Shown here in pieces: positions 20,298 to 30,417 of a DNA stretch of 64,000 nucleotides (its first letter is position 1; each line of letters begins with the position of its first letter). The notes beneath the pieces were generated by a model. The model did no database searches. It was not told where the DNA came from and saw only the letters and a list, made by a program, of their open reading frames with translations. This DNA comes from a phage, in sequence record OZ335962.1; one strand, given 5' to 3'. The translations under genes and the position numbers were made by a program.

Positions 20298-20330
20298 TAA
20301 ACCCTTACCTTAAATAGATAAGGGTATTTA
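20298..20330 (-). promoter_or_regulatory. RBS-sequestering hairpin upstream of gene 49
   Basis: Minus strand ACCCTTA...TAAGGGT stem includes the gene 49 Shine-Dalgarno (AAGGTAAGGG); T4 gene 49 translation is known to be controlled by such a hairpin. Confidence 0.45.
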
Positions 20331-20512
20331 TTATTTTCAAGTATTGTAAAACATTCGATGCAATCGCTTATATTGTCGAATCATCTTTTTAGTAGGACGA
20401 GAATAAGTTCCTACACAAGTGGTCATATTAGGGTCTGTAGAATTTCCTTTAATAAAAAGTTTCCAGACTTTACCACCATTTAGCTTTTCAGTATAAATCA
20501 ATTCAGTTTTCA

Positions 20513-20977
20513 TTAGAATGGCCTATCAGAAAAAGAAATTTGAGTTTCAAGCCATTCAATATATTCTGCCGCAGCTTGCATCAAATTTCCTTCATAACCA
20601 TCGTTATTTTCTTGTGCAGCTAATTTAGCTAATGCGTATGAAATGCGTTCACCTTGAAAAGCGGCTTTAGGTTTATGAATAACTTGATCAACTCGTTCTA
20701 CAACTTCTTCAATTTCGCCATTTTCTGCTGATTCAGTATTCCACAAGCACCAATATGTAATTGGCTTATCATAGATGTTAATAATCTTTCCATCAGAAAG
20801 TTCAATTTCAATAATTCCAGTATCAGGTTCTATGTCATCTTCACATTCTTTTACAAGTTCACGAACTTTAAAGACAGTACCTGCACTAAGTTCCGGCCAG
20901 TAATTACACAGCCCTTTATCAGCACGATTAATTCTAAACCACTTATCTACTGCAATCATGTCCCATCTCCATATCAA
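20513..20977 (-). CDS. hypothetical protein at the T4 pin position
   Basis: 154-aa acidic ORF immediately downstream of gene 49 where T4 encodes Pin; identity not verifiable from sequence alone. Confidence 0.4.
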   Translation of the reverse strand: MIWRWDMIAVDKWFRINRADKGLCNYWPELSAGTVFKVRELVKECEDDIEPDTGIIEIELSDGKIINIYDKPITYWCLWNTESAENGEIEEVVERVDQVIHKPKAAFQGERISYALAKLAAQENNDGYEGNLMQAAAEYIEWLETQISFSDRPF

Positions 20978-21082
20978 TTAAGTCGTTTATCGTCGGTTCA
21001 TTATATACTGTTTCTTCATCAGTGTAAACCGGTTCTTCCGGCTCTGGCTCTACAGTTTCCCATCTAGCCGCCCACCAAGGTT

Positions 21083-21430
21083 TTATAGCGTAATCCATTC
21101 TCGTACTGTCTGAGTTACTACACGTTCACGGGGCTCGACTAGTTCAACAGTCGGAACTGCATAATACCAGTCAGAATGATAAGAACCTGAGCGAGATTCA
21201 TTTACAGACACATGAACGTTATGTTTTGGACTAAAATAAATGCACTGCCGGTATTGACATTTGCCGTCTTGTACCCAATCTTCTATTTCGATAGGTTTAA
21301 GATAATCTGAAAAATCGAAATCATAATTTTCTGAAAATGCATCATGGTCTTCAATGATTTCACCCAGAACTGCATCAACATCGTAAATCATATTTACCCC
21401 AGTTTGACCATACAATCGCCATATTTCCAT
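21083..21430 (-). CDS. hypothetical protein
   Basis: 115-aa ORF (49.x-like). Confidence 0.45.
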   Translation of the reverse strand: MEIWRLYGQTGVNMIYDVDAVLGEIIEDHDAFSENYDFDFSDYLKPIEIEDWVQDGKCQYRQCIYFSPKHNVHVSVNESRSGSYHSDWYYAVPTVELVEPRERVVTQTVREWITL

Positions 21431-21609
21431 TTAGAAATAGACTTTTCACCATTAAAATAATAAACTTCGAGTTTAGCACGATTATTTTTAATTTGAATAA
21501 CCTTGGCTGTCATCAAAGTTCCATACCCATAATAAACTGCAACCTCATCACCTACATATACCGCGCTTCCGCGGTAGTCATGGATATAATCAGTTCCTTC
21601 GAGCATCAT
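21394..21609 (-). CDS. hypothetical protein
   Basis: 71-aa ORF (49.x-like). Confidence 0.4.
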   Translation of the reverse strand: MMLEGTDYIHDYRGSAVYVGDEVAVYYGYGTLMTAKVIQIKNNRAKLEVYYFNGEKSISKWKYGDCMVKLG

Positions 21610-21869
21610 TTAAAATATTCCCGCAATTGGTCAAATCCACCAATATAACTTCCATCAGGAGCAAATACTTGTGGCATCGTCAAACCAATTTGAGTATCAC
21701 GACCTAGTTTCGTCAGAAGCTCAGCGATTTTCTCATCATCAAAAACACCTTTTTCTGGCATAATGTTGATAAATTCAAACGGCTGTTTCTTCACAGCCAA
21801 AAGACGTTTTGCATTATCGCAATACACACATTTATGGATACTGCTATCATAACCATATACTTTAAACAT
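21606..21869 (-). CDS. nrdC: thioredoxin/glutaredoxin NrdC
   Basis: 87 aa as in T4 NrdC; active site CVYC. Confidence 0.85.
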   Translation of the reverse strand: MFKVYGYDSSIHKCVYCDNAKRLLAVKKQPFEFINIMPEKGVFDDEKIAELLTKLGRDTQIGLTMPQVFAPDGSYIGGFDQLREYFK

Positions 21870-21870
21870 A

Positions 21871-22128
21871 TTATTCCTTAATTCCTAGTACTTGTTTAAA
21901 AGTCTCGTCGTAATCAAGACTTTGGCCCGTTTGTTCTTTATGTTTGTATATAATATCACTTATTTCTGATAGCATATTTTTATATGAACGAGTTAAAGCA
22001 GATTTAAGCACGCTGTATCTATCAGGAAATTTACCGTGTTCATTATAATACGCTATTGCTAATTCACGGACTGCCTTTTCAGCAATCTCCATATATTCTT
22101 TACGCTTGGTCATTTTCTTCTCGGTCAA
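21871..22128 (-). CDS. hypothetical protein
   Basis: 85-aa ORF. Confidence 0.45.
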   Translation of the reverse strand: MTEKKMTKRKEYMEIAEKAVRELAIAYYNEHGKFPDRYSVLKSALTRSYKNMLSEISDIIYKHKEQTGQSLDYDETFKQVLGIKE

Positions 22129-22417
22129 ATCGGTGTTTGCAATGACGGCATTTATAACGAAGATTACTAGTCTGCCAATGAACTAATTGTACCTGTTCAG
22201 TACCGCATTCAGGACAATTAGGAACGTTTTTAGAAGCCCTTTCGCGACGTTCAACCATAGCCATAATGGCATCCCAAGCTGGAGGTTTAAAATCTAAATC
22301 GTCACAACCATGAATCTTTCCACGCATTTCCAGATCGTCTTCTTCACCAGCCATAATAATTTTAATTAGACTGGAATTACTTGAAGCTGCAATATCTTCT
22401 AATAGACGCTTTTTCAT
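22100..22417 (-). CDS. hypothetical zinc-ribbon protein
   Basis: 105-aa ORF with CPECG...CRHCKH cysteine pairs. Confidence 0.45.
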   Translation of the reverse strand: MKKRLLEDIAASSNSSLIKIIMAGEEDDLEMRGKIHGCDDLDFKPPAWDAIMAMVERRERASKNVPNCPECGTEQVQLVHWQTSNLRYKCRHCKHRFDREENDQA

Positions 22418-23343
22418 TTCAGCACCTCAATAGCATTACGTAAACCATTTGCTTTTGCATTAAGAGCTTTTAACAATTTGGTGTGTTCGGCAATCTGGGC
22501 TTCAACTTCAATCAAACGAGCATTGAGATATTCACGTTCTTCGCTCAAGTTATCAATCTTTTCTACTTTAGGCTCTTTTACAACTGTCTTATATGTATTA
22601 GGGTTCTTCAGTTTAATTAGAATGCGTGAACTGTATAACATTGAACCATTATCTTCGGTTTCGTCATACATTTCTACTACGTCCATGATTTTTAACATCA
22701 TGCGAAGTTTATAAGACAACGAACGAATAGTTTTGTTGTGCTTATTAATTTCTTTAGAGTTCATGGTGCCGAGATTACGTGAGTAATAATAAGGAACCTG
22801 GATATTAATTAATACTGATGAACCACCTGGCTTGTGTGTTACTTCATCAGCAATAACCCAGTCCTTAACATGAACTGTATTTGTACGGTCATCACCCGCG
22901 GTAAACAGTTTGCGAGCATGCTTAAAAAGCATATTCACTTGGGTATTGAATTGACAAGCAAATTTATCAGCAAATTTAGTTTCAGGAATGGTAGATAGCC
23001 AATCAGCTAAATGGGTCTTTTTAACATCGTTAACAATAGTAAATTCAACCAAATCGGTTATAGATGTCGCAGATTTAATGAAGCTCGGCTTCATAAAGTT
23101 TTTAATGTTATCACGAGCTACAGTAGAAGATAACATACGAGAACGTTTAAACCATTCAAGCAAATTGCCTAATGAATGAGAATAGGCGTTCTGAGTATCT
23201 TTACAGATATGATTTTCCTGGCCAACATATTGAAGGAAATCACGAAGAATATTATTGATTACTGCTCTGTGTCCGATCTGATAATTACGATGTTTAGTAA
23301 TAAGACTGTCAAAATAATCAATATAATGTTTACGAGTTTTCAT
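22414..23343 (-). CDS. paralog-family protein 1 with C-terminal coiled-coil
   Basis: 309 aa; N-terminus MKTRKHYIDYF resembles that of the ORF at 24455-25480; C-terminal heptad-rich segment. Confidence 0.55.
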   Translation of the reverse strand: MKTRKHYIDYFDSLITKHRNYQIGHRAVINNILRDFLQYVGQENHICKDTQNAYSHSLGNLLEWFKRSRMLSSTVARDNIKNFMKPSFIKSATSITDLVEFTIVNDVKKTHLADWLSTIPETKFADKFACQFNTQVNMLFKHARKLFTAGDDRTNTVHVKDWVIADEVTHKPGGSSVLINIQVPYYYSRNLGTMNSKEINKHNKTIRSLSYKLRMMLKIMDVVEMYDETEDNGSMLYSSRILIKLKNPNTYKTVVKEPKVEKIDNLSEEREYLNARLIEVEAQIAEHTKLLKALNAKANGLRNAIEVLK

Positions 23344-23395
23344 GTTCTTCTCACTTGGTTAATGATTTATGCTCCGAGCCATCCTTGGCTTTAAA

Positions 23396-24427
23396 TTACT
23401 TAATTAATTGTAAAGCTTGTTCAAGACGATCTAGGCGATTAACAGATTCTTCCCAAATCCTTTTAGCCTGCTCATAATCTTTCTGCGCTTTATTAGAAAT
23501 TTCTAGAACTTCTTTATAAGCTTTTTCTAGTGCAATAACTTCTGGACGAATTTCTACCGGTTCAGGTGAATCGTCAAGACATTCCATTAGTTCCTCAAGG
23601 GTAGTTTCTTCTTTAGGAGTATTCACAATTTCATCACATTTTTGTTGGTAAATTTCTTTATCAGTCGGTGAGTACGCACACTTTACTTCACGGAGACTAA
23701 CTACAATTTTATATCCTTCCCAACCGCATATATTCTTAAAAGGATAAGTATGAATATTTTCTACTGTTTCCATACAAAGTAATGCGGTCTCTAACTGACG
23801 AGTTATATCGCTAGCAATTGAGAAAAATTTATTAATGTTCTTTTGATTAGCTTCTGGTGTAAAAAATTCATAATTCACAAAAATAGCTGCTTTATTTTTA
23901 TCAAGCTCATATTCTTTTATGATAATCATATCAGAAGCCCAAGGATGGATTTGACGATAATCACCATAGCATAATTTAGAAGCTGATTTTAGAAGTTGCT
24001 TCTTGAAAAGTCTGAAATTACTAATCCAACGACGAGTAAAAATATTCTCAGGGTCTTCTTTATTATTAAGATGATAAGAATTAACATCACCGAACCAATT
24101 ATATCCTACTACATCTTTAGTTCGTTTAATTTCTTTCCCAAATTTACTAAGAATATCTCTGTTGACTAAGTATGAAAGAAGACGAGAACCTTTAAAGGTT
24201 TCCTTAATATCATCTTTATATTCGCAACTAGAAATTTTATGAACTTCATGAATAAATTTGTCGGAAGAAACAATACTTGCATCAGTATTGTTGAGCCACT
24301 GATTGATAATAGAAAGAACACTATTCTGACTAGACATAGATTTAACTTTATCATCAATAACGCTATTGAATGATTTGATATATTCGTTACGAGTCATATT
24401 AATCTCCTCAGTAGAAAGTAAGAACAT
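23396..24427 (-). CDS. paralog-family protein 2 with C-terminal coiled-coil
   Basis: 343 aa; shares the W..F..F(K/R)KQL...AS(K/R)L block and C-terminal coiled-coil with neighbours. Confidence 0.55.
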   Translation of the reverse strand: MFLLSTEEINMTRNEYIKSFNSVIDDKVKSMSSQNSVLSIINQWLNNTDASIVSSDKFIHEVHKISSCEYKDDIKETFKGSRLLSYLVNRDILSKFGKEIKRTKDVVGYNWFGDVNSYHLNNKEDPENIFTRRWISNFRLFKKQLLKSASKLCYGDYRQIHPWASDMIIIKEYELDKNKAAIFVNYEFFTPEANQKNINKFFSIASDITRQLETALLCMETVENIHTYPFKNICGWEGYKIVVSLREVKCAYSPTDKEIYQQKCDEIVNTPKEETTLEELMECLDDSPEPVEIRPEVIALEKAYKEVLEISNKAQKDYEQAKRIWEESVNRLDRLEQALQLIK

Positions 24428-24454
24428 TATACCACATCCTTGTGGCGAAGTAAA

Positions 24455-25480
24455 CTAGTTTAGTGCATTTAGTGCATTGTTCAGTTTAGAACGTTGCTTC
24501 GTGAGATTTTTGACTTTTTCTTGAGCTTTTTCTAGTATCTTTTCAGCTTCTAACACTTCATTAGTTGCTTTAATGAGTTCATCATCTACTGCCTTGATAG
24601 ACTTCTCAATCGCATCTGCATGCCATTTTTCAACAGGTTTAAGACTCGGATTTTCAACAGGAAGAAAATTCGCTTTATTGAATTTCCATGCATCCTTATT
24701 ACCTGAACTATACATCCAAAATTTAGGATCGTTTGATGAGTAATTGGATAAATTTAAGTTATAGTTATCTTGTACTTCCTGCTTTTTCTCTTGCGGGATT
24801 TCGTCCTTTCTCAAAAAATCATATTTAAATGAAACGATCATATCAAGTTCATACGTTGTTGTATGTTCCCAATTTCGCTCAAAATGAGGTAAAATCTTAG
24901 ACTGAACCGCGGCAACTACATCCATATACTTAAATGCTTCTGTCAACTGTGATTTAAGGCATTCACAAATTGAAAGAGAATTTTTTGTATTAGGTTTAAA
25001 GCTAATTCGTGCAGTTCTGTTATTTTCTTTTAATGGTCTTACTTCCATCTGAAGAGTATAACCATCAAATTTCAGATTCTTTAAGTTAATATCAGAACCT
25101 TTTAATCGACTCGCAATTGATAAAATTTGTTTTAATTGTTTACGGAATAGAGCAATAAATCTCCATTCAATACGATAATGATTTGGATTGAAAAATCCAG
25201 ATGATAAATCGACCTTACTTTGACCAACGCCTTGAACAAATAGAGGATTTTTATAATCAATAGTTTTACAGAAATCGGTGAGCTGCTCACGAGCAGTCAT
25301 TTGTGTAATATACCCCGCTTTACTAAAATGACGTAACCATTCACTGCTATTCATATATTTAAAGTGAATATCACTATTAACTTTATCAGGGTCTAAATTA
25401 TTTTGACACAAAAATGTCATAACATCACGAGTATAGCTGGCATTACGAACCATATCTTCAATTTGAGAACGAGTTTTCAT
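24455..25480 (-). CDS. paralog-family protein 3 with C-terminal coiled-coil
   Basis: 341 aa; conserved block RIEWRFIALFRKQLKQILSIASRL and C-terminal coiled-coil. Confidence 0.55.
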   Translation of the reverse strand: MKTRSQIEDMVRNASYTRDVMTFLCQNNLDPDKVNSDIHFKYMNSSEWLRHFSKAGYITQMTAREQLTDFCKTIDYKNPLFVQGVGQSKVDLSSGFFNPNHYRIEWRFIALFRKQLKQILSIASRLKGSDINLKNLKFDGYTLQMEVRPLKENNRTARISFKPNTKNSLSICECLKSQLTEAFKYMDVVAAVQSKILPHFERNWEHTTTYELDMIVSFKYDFLRKDEIPQEKKQEVQDNYNLNLSNYSSNDPKFWMYSSGNKDAWKFNKANFLPVENPSLKPVEKWHADAIEKSIKAVDDELIKATNEVLEAEKILEKAQEKVKNLTKQRSKLNNALNALN

Positions 25481-25488
25481 GGTGTTCC

Positions 25489-26400
25489 TTAAGATTTAAG
25501 TAAATCAACAATTTTAATTAACTTTTCACGCTCAGATTTAGCTTTACTACTCAGTCCAGATAGTCTGAAAATTTCATCATCATATTGTTGAATGGAAATA
25601 TTCAGCTCTTCAATCTGTTTATTAAAATAATCAATTTGTTCAGAATGTTTTTCGTTACTACGAACTGGTACAGGTTTCGTAGGCAATGTAGTTGAACTGG
25701 ATTCATCCGGGCGATAAATTAAAATACAACTTGAACCAATAGGGCATTTTGCACCAGATGAATATTCTAATGTTCCAGCTTCTTTTAAAACTTCAAAAGC
25801 TAAACAGAGATGATGCCCCATATTAACATAATCTGTGGAGCGAGCTCTGATGTAATAATCATCGCCACGAATACTAAATTTAAAGCATTTAAGGTCTTCC
25901 GTATTATTGGTCTTAAAAATCATTTGTTTATCTAGACCTTTAGCTAATCGAGCGCCTAATGCTAATAATCGTCGTTGATTTTCCCACAAATCCACAATCA
26001 TTTGATCGAATGATAATTTCGGCATTAGTCGACCATAAAGGTCATATCCTTTATTATAATTACGAAGGATTTCACTCGCGTTAATACGAGACAATGCTCC
26101 AATTTTATTAAGAGCTTTCATAATGCGATTAGATAAACTCATTCCAGACCCATTTGTTCGCTGTAAATGTTTTTCTAATCCAAATCCAATATCAACTTTA
26201 AACTTATCTAAAATTTCTGCATGAACATCTCTGTCGATAACATTCAAATCCAAAGTTGGGTTAAATCTATGAAAAAATTTATCTGGCTCTGCACTGCGAA
26301 ATACAGTCCATTCATTCATCATTTTTTTATTAACTAAAGATTTAATTACTGCATTGACATTATTAATTACTACTGACATATTTTCCTCACTCAATTTCAA
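25489..26400 (-). CDS. paralog-family protein 4 with C-terminal coiled-coil
   Basis: 303 aa; block LWENQRRLLALGARLAKGL and C-terminal coiled-coil. Confidence 0.5.
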   Translation of the reverse strand: MKLSEENMSVVINNVNAVIKSLVNKKMMNEWTVFRSAEPDKFFHRFNPTLDLNVIDRDVHAEILDKFKVDIGFGLEKHLQRTNGSGMSLSNRIMKALNKIGALSRINASEILRNYNKGYDLYGRLMPKLSFDQMIVDLWENQRRLLALGARLAKGLDKQMIFKTNNTEDLKCFKFSIRGDDYYIRARSTDYVNMGHHLCLAFEVLKEAGTLEYSSGAKCPIGSSCILIYRPDESSSTTLPTKPVPVRSNEKHSEQIDYFNKQIEELNISIQQYDDEIFRLSGLSSKAKSEREKLIKIVDLLKS

Positions 26401-26794
26401 TTTTACTAAATATACAGAATAAGATGGAACAGACTATATAAGCACCACACACAGATTGAACTAATACCATTCCAAAGAACCAAACAATATTATCAAACAA
26501 TGTCTGTTTTACGTCGAAAGGACGTAAACTTACAGTAATATTATCACCTTTTTCTATTGAAGAATACATCTCTGGGGAAATATATTCACTAAATCTATAA
26601 CCGTCTTTGAGTTCATATACGGCAATAAACGATAAACTAGACCCTTTTCCTTGCGTTCCTGTAATGGTATTAACTACAGTAACATCATAATCTTTATAAT
26701 GCATATAATCATTAATTGCGTAATAACCATATGCAATTACTACACATAAACAACATATCAATAAATTCAATCTTTTAATTATCAACTGTTTCAT
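26387..26794 (-). CDS. hypothetical membrane protein
   Basis: 135 aa, N- and C-terminal transmembrane helices. Confidence 0.5.
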   Translation of the reverse strand: MKQLIIKRLNLLICCLCVVIAYGYYAINDYMHYKDYDVTVVNTITGTQGKGSSLSFIAVYELKDGYRFSEYISPEMYSSIEKGDNITVSLRPFDVKQTLFDNIVWFFGMVLVQSVCGAYIVCSILFCIFSKIEIE

Positions 26795-26849
26795 AATAAT
26801 CTCAATTAAAAGGGCTTAGAACCATTATACCATCCTTGGTATAAAGCGG

Positions 26850-27377
26850 TTATGCGAGTACCGTCTTTAACCGTTCTTCAAACTTCCGAAGAGTATTTTG
26901 GCGTTCAGCTCTTTGCTTTTTGTAAGTTTCAATACGCTCTGAAATGAGAGTGTATCGTTCATTTACTGATTCTTTCATAAAATCAGGAATTTCACGAGAA
27001 GCTTTAATCTCGTCAAATTTATCAATAACAGCTTGCTCTTCAGCAATTAAGTTATCATACATTAAAATATCTTTCTTGATGAACTCAATATCTTCTTGAG
27101 TTACACGAGATAATTTAGATGCTTTATCCTTTTTGTACTGTTCGTTAGTATCACGAGACCAGTGTAATGTACGATTTTTATTCGTATTTTTGTAAATTTC
27201 TACAATACCGATCTCATCAATAATAACGATCCAATTCCAACGGGATTTGTAAATTTGTCCTCCATCAACAGTGATTTCACCTCCGATTGAGATGTCATTA
27301 AAGAACTTGCTTTGTGCCTCAGATTTAAATTTACCATCGTTGTAATTTACCAAGTTGAAAATATCTTTAGCGTTCAT
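26850..27377 (-). CDS. hypothetical protein
   Basis: 175-aa ORF directly downstream of an early-type promoter. Confidence 0.55.
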   Translation of the reverse strand: MNAKDIFNLVNYNDGKFKSEAQSKFFNDISIGGEITVDGGQIYKSRWNWIVIIDEIGIVEIYKNTNKNRTLHWSRDTNEQYKKDKASKLSRVTQEDIEFIKKDILMYDNLIAEEQAVIDKFDEIKASREIPDFMKESVNERYTLISERIETYKKQRAERQNTLRKFEERLKTVLA

Positions 27378-27405
27378 TTTCTGTTCCTCCGTAGTTGATA
27401 GGGTA

Positions 27406-27435
27406 ATAGTACCACAGAGGAACAGTCTTGTAAAC
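27406..27435 (-). promoter_or_regulatory. early-type sigma70 promoter
   Basis: GTTTAC -35, 18 bp, TGGTACTAT; upstream of ORF 26850-27377. Confidence 0.6.
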
Positions 27436-27437
27436 CA

Positions 27438-27752
27438 CTAAAAGAAACTTCTTTCACAATTTTTTCCACTGAACCATGCACTCACTGCTTTCTTAGTCTC
27501 AGGAGCAGTGTTATCCATAAACCATTCAAAGGCAGCCTTTTTATGATTCTGGAGGGCTTCTCGGGCTTTAATCTGCTCACGGTCTATTAACACTAACATA
27601 TGAGCCTTTCTTGTCACCATGGGCTTCTTATGATTTTTTGAATACTCCCAGTCATTTGTCCATCGCATTGTCGTTGCGAACTTAAATACTTCTTCTTTAA
27701 TTTTAGTTTCGTAAATTTCACGAGCCTTTGAGTATAACATCATTACCTCCAT
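27438..27752 (-). CDS. hypothetical protein
   Basis: 104-aa ORF. Confidence 0.45.
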   Translation of the reverse strand: MEVMMLYSKAREIYETKIKEEVFKFATTMRWTNDWEYSKNHKKPMVTRKAHMLVLIDREQIKAREALQNHKKAAFEWFMDNTAPETKKAVSAWFSGKNCERSFF

Positions 27753-27841
27753 TCACCAGTTTAATTCTAGTCATCTTTTTAATGGCAGTCCATATAATCT
27801 ATTTCTGAACTGCCTTTTTGTCATAGAAGTCCTCTTATGAA

Positions 27842-28828
27842 TTATTTCAGAAGAGTAACCTCAGCGATTTCTTCCCAACCGTTTTTGTCGGTCATAATAA
27901 AGTCAGCAAGATAAAGAGCAGTACGCAGTGAAACATTGCGTAAACGATTAACATTAACTTTCATCCATGATAATGCTTTATAAGTTTCTTCATCAGAAAG
28001 ACCGCGCTTTTGCATCATGTCAGTTGAAAGAATAACATCTTCAACCCTGACCATAATTTCTTCATTAGTATGAACACCCAAATCCAAATAAACTGAGCGG
28101 GACACTAATGCTTGTAAATGTGGAGCAAGTTTAGTACCGCGGTCTAATTCGCGGTCAATGTCAACGTTTGTGATAAAAACAATCGTTCCTTTAAATTCAA
28201 ACTCACGCTCAATGCCTTTTTCTTCTAAGTAAGAAGACGCAGTGCTCCAGCAGACTTTACGGGTCTCTCCAGTGTCCAGAGCGGCTTTTAGAAGATTAAG
28301 AATGTCCATATCAGAGAAAACATCCACATCATCAATCAAAAGGACAGAATTCTCTTCACGATTATTCCAAAGCTGCTCATAAAGACCAATACCAGAGATT
28401 TTACCATTAATGCTTTTATATTCAATGTATCCAATATCATTTGCTTTATTCAAAGCTTTATCTAAAGAATACGTTTTACCAATACCTGCTGCACCAGAGA
28501 TAATCAATGAACGAATATTTCCATTAATAATACCATTCGTCATCATTCCCATAACATTAAATCTTTTATTAATGCGGGTTTTCATATCTTCATACGATTC
28601 TTTAACTTCTTCAACTTTTACACCATCATATGAAATATCTGATTTGTAAACCCAAACACCGCGACGTTTACCGTCAATTTCAACAAAAACTTTACCATCT
28701 CCTTGTGCATCTACCGGAGCATTATCTGGGAACCATTCGCCTAAGAGCTCAAAAGTTCCAGAGATTTCTTTACCGAAGTAGATACCCTTATTGATAGTTA
28801 CAGTTTTCATTTTATTCTCCAATTTCAC
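27842..28828 (-). CDS. AAA+/P-loop ATPase
   Basis: 328 aa; Walker A GAAGIGKT and Walker B VLLIDDVD; own early-type promoter upstream. Confidence 0.65.
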   Translation of the reverse strand: MKLENKMKTVTINKGIYFGKEISGTFELLGEWFPDNAPVDAQGDGKVFVEIDGKRRGVWVYKSDISYDGVKVEEVKESYEDMKTRINKRFNVMGMMTNGIINGNIRSLIISGAAGIGKTYSLDKALNKANDIGYIEYKSINGKISGIGLYEQLWNNREENSVLLIDDVDVFSDMDILNLLKAALDTGETRKVCWSTASSYLEEKGIEREFEFKGTIVFITNVDIDRELDRGTKLAPHLQALVSRSVYLDLGVHTNEEIMVRVEDVILSTDMMQKRGLSDEETYKALSWMKVNVNRLRNVSLRTALYLADFIMTDKNGWEEIAEVTLLK

Positions 28829-28846
28829 ATTTGTTTTGATAGGGTA

Positions 28847-28876
28847 ATAGTATCACACTACTACCCTACTGTAAAC
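28847..28876 (-). promoter_or_regulatory. early-type sigma70 promoter
   Basis: GTTTAC -35, 18 bp, TGATACTAT; upstream of the AAA+ ATPase gene. Confidence 0.55.
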
Positions 28877-28879
28877 AAT

Positions 28880-29143
28880 TTATTTTAATGTTTGCCAAAT
28901 TTTTACTGCTTCGCGACGAGATACTTCTACAGCTCCAAGTTCTACGGCTTTTTGGCGTCGGCGAGCATGTAAGTCATAATGTTTAATGCGTTTATCTTGA
29001 AACCAAGAACGTTTCATTCCTATTGCTTCTGCCATTTTATGAAGCTCTTCAATATCTCCATCAGTGAACATATGACAATTTTTAGTTGGATGACCGCGAA
29101 GTTTCCATCCATGATTCATTAAAACATCTACGTAAACTGTCAT
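28880..29143 (-). CDS. hypothetical protein
   Basis: 87-aa ORF, conserved-looking small domain (VYVDVL..GW..RGHP..CHM). Confidence 0.45.
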   Translation of the reverse strand: MTVYVDVLMNHGWKLRGHPTKNCHMFTDGDIEELHKMAEAIGMKRSWFQDKRIKHYDLHARRRQKAVELGAVEVSRREAVKIWQTLK

Positions 29144-29290
29144 TGATTCTGCTCCAAATATGTTTCTATAATTTTCTGAGCGAGATAAACTGCGTTATCT
29201 TCAGTTGCATCTTCTAAGAAATTTTCAAAATAAGCTGAAATTTCTTCTGTATCAATCAACTTTTTTACTTCAATTAACGTAGTTTTCATT
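29141..29290 (-). CDS. small acidic protein (49 aa)
   Basis: Below track cutoff; ATG 29290 directly downstream of an early-type promoter; translated by eye as MKTTLIEVKKLIDTEEISAYFENFLEDATEDNAVYLAQKIIETYLEQNQ. Confidence 0.4.
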
Positions 29291-29323
29291 TTATTCCCCA
29301 AATCCGTATCAGTTGATAGTTGT

Positions 29324-29353
29324 ATAGTACCATAAAGCTTTATGCTTGTAAAC
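29324..29353 (-). promoter_or_regulatory. early-type sigma70 promoter
   Basis: GTTTAC -35, 18 bp, TGGTACTAT; directly downstream of a terminator hairpin. Confidence 0.6.
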
Positions 29354-29361
29354 CGTTTTGT

Positions 29362-29401
29362 GAAAAAATTTTGAAATAAAAAAGGGAGCCCGAAGGCTCC
29401 C
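29362..29401 (-). terminator. intrinsic terminator downstream of the nucleotidyltransferase gene
   Basis: GGGAGCC-UUCG-GGCUCCC hairpin followed by TTTTTTATTT. Confidence 0.7.
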
Positions 29402-29403
29402 TA

Positions 29404-30417
29404 TCATTTATAATAACTTCGATGGTTTTCAAGATAAATCCTCTCAAGGAAGTCATCCCAGAAACCCATGTCTACTTTTTGCTGCATACCGTTCTTAGAA
29501 GCTTCAATGGAAGCTGCTTCTACTTGATCGACTACATCTTCCAAAAACTCTTGAACAGTTTTAAATGGATGTTTACCCAACTTCACGTCGAGAATAAATG
29601 GAGCATCTTGAAGTGGATAGACTAAGTCACCAGTTTTGTAAATTTCCAATAGTTGGAGTCCACCACGGCAAGCATGACTCAGAGCTTTCCAGTCAATGCC
29701 CTCATTAGCTTCGGCCTTACGAGCGCGTTCGCCGTATTCAGCATCAAGTTTATTCAAAGATTGCTTAAGCTCGATAAGAGAAAGCGTTGTTTGATATTTA
29801 CGACCCAACACGGTGTAGAACGTTTGTGGTCCTGTTTTCTCATGATTATGGAATACCCATTCACAGAATTCGTTCTCTGGAAGACGATGCTTAATATCTT
29901 CAACTTTAGTTCGACGCTGCTTAATGGAACCGTCTTCTTGGTAATCAACCCATTGCTCAGGGATTTGATTAACTACTTTCAATACATCACGTAATGCGGC
30001 CAAACGAGAACCCTTGACACCATATTTAGAAGCTTGCTTGCGAACATATCCTAAATAGGATTTCATGTTAGTCGTATAAAAACGAGAACGATTGTCTTGA
30101 ATAAACTTCCATACATCAGGCAAATCAGATTTAACTACCAGTTCAGGTGGAGTATGGAGCATATCCAATGCTACAGTTTCACCATCTGCTGCTAATTTAA
30201 AGAAATACTTAAGACTGTATAGTTCATGGTCAATATCATCTTTAGTGTTTTTAGATGATGTGTTGTTAGTGTTTTTACTCATATGCTCTTTAACATTTCC
30301 GATAAGAATATCACGAGCAGGAGGAACAAAGATTTCTTTAAAATCTACATCAGATTCTGGAGTAGAAGTTCCATAAAGATGACTACCAAAATAGCTTTTC
30401 ATTACTGTTTTCATCAT
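29404..30417 (-). CDS. putative nucleotidyltransferase (Pol-beta superfamily-like)
   Basis: 337 aa; N-terminal GSHLYGTSTPESDVDF resembles the GS...DxD nucleotidyltransferase motif; terminator hairpin downstream. Confidence 0.45.
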   Translation of the reverse strand: MMKTVMKSYFGSHLYGTSTPESDVDFKEIFVPPARDILIGNVKEHMSKNTNNTSSKNTKDDIDHELYSLKYFFKLAADGETVALDMLHTPPELVVKSDLPDVWKFIQDNRSRFYTTNMKSYLGYVRKQASKYGVKGSRLAALRDVLKVVNQIPEQWVDYQEDGSIKQRRTKVEDIKHRLPENEFCEWVFHNHEKTGPQTFYTVLGRKYQTTLSLIELKQSLNKLDAEYGERARKAEANEGIDWKALSHACRGGLQLLEIYKTGDLVYPLQDAPFILDVKLGKHPFKTVQEFLEDVVDQVEAASIEASKNGMQQKVDMGFWDDFLERIYLENHRSYYK

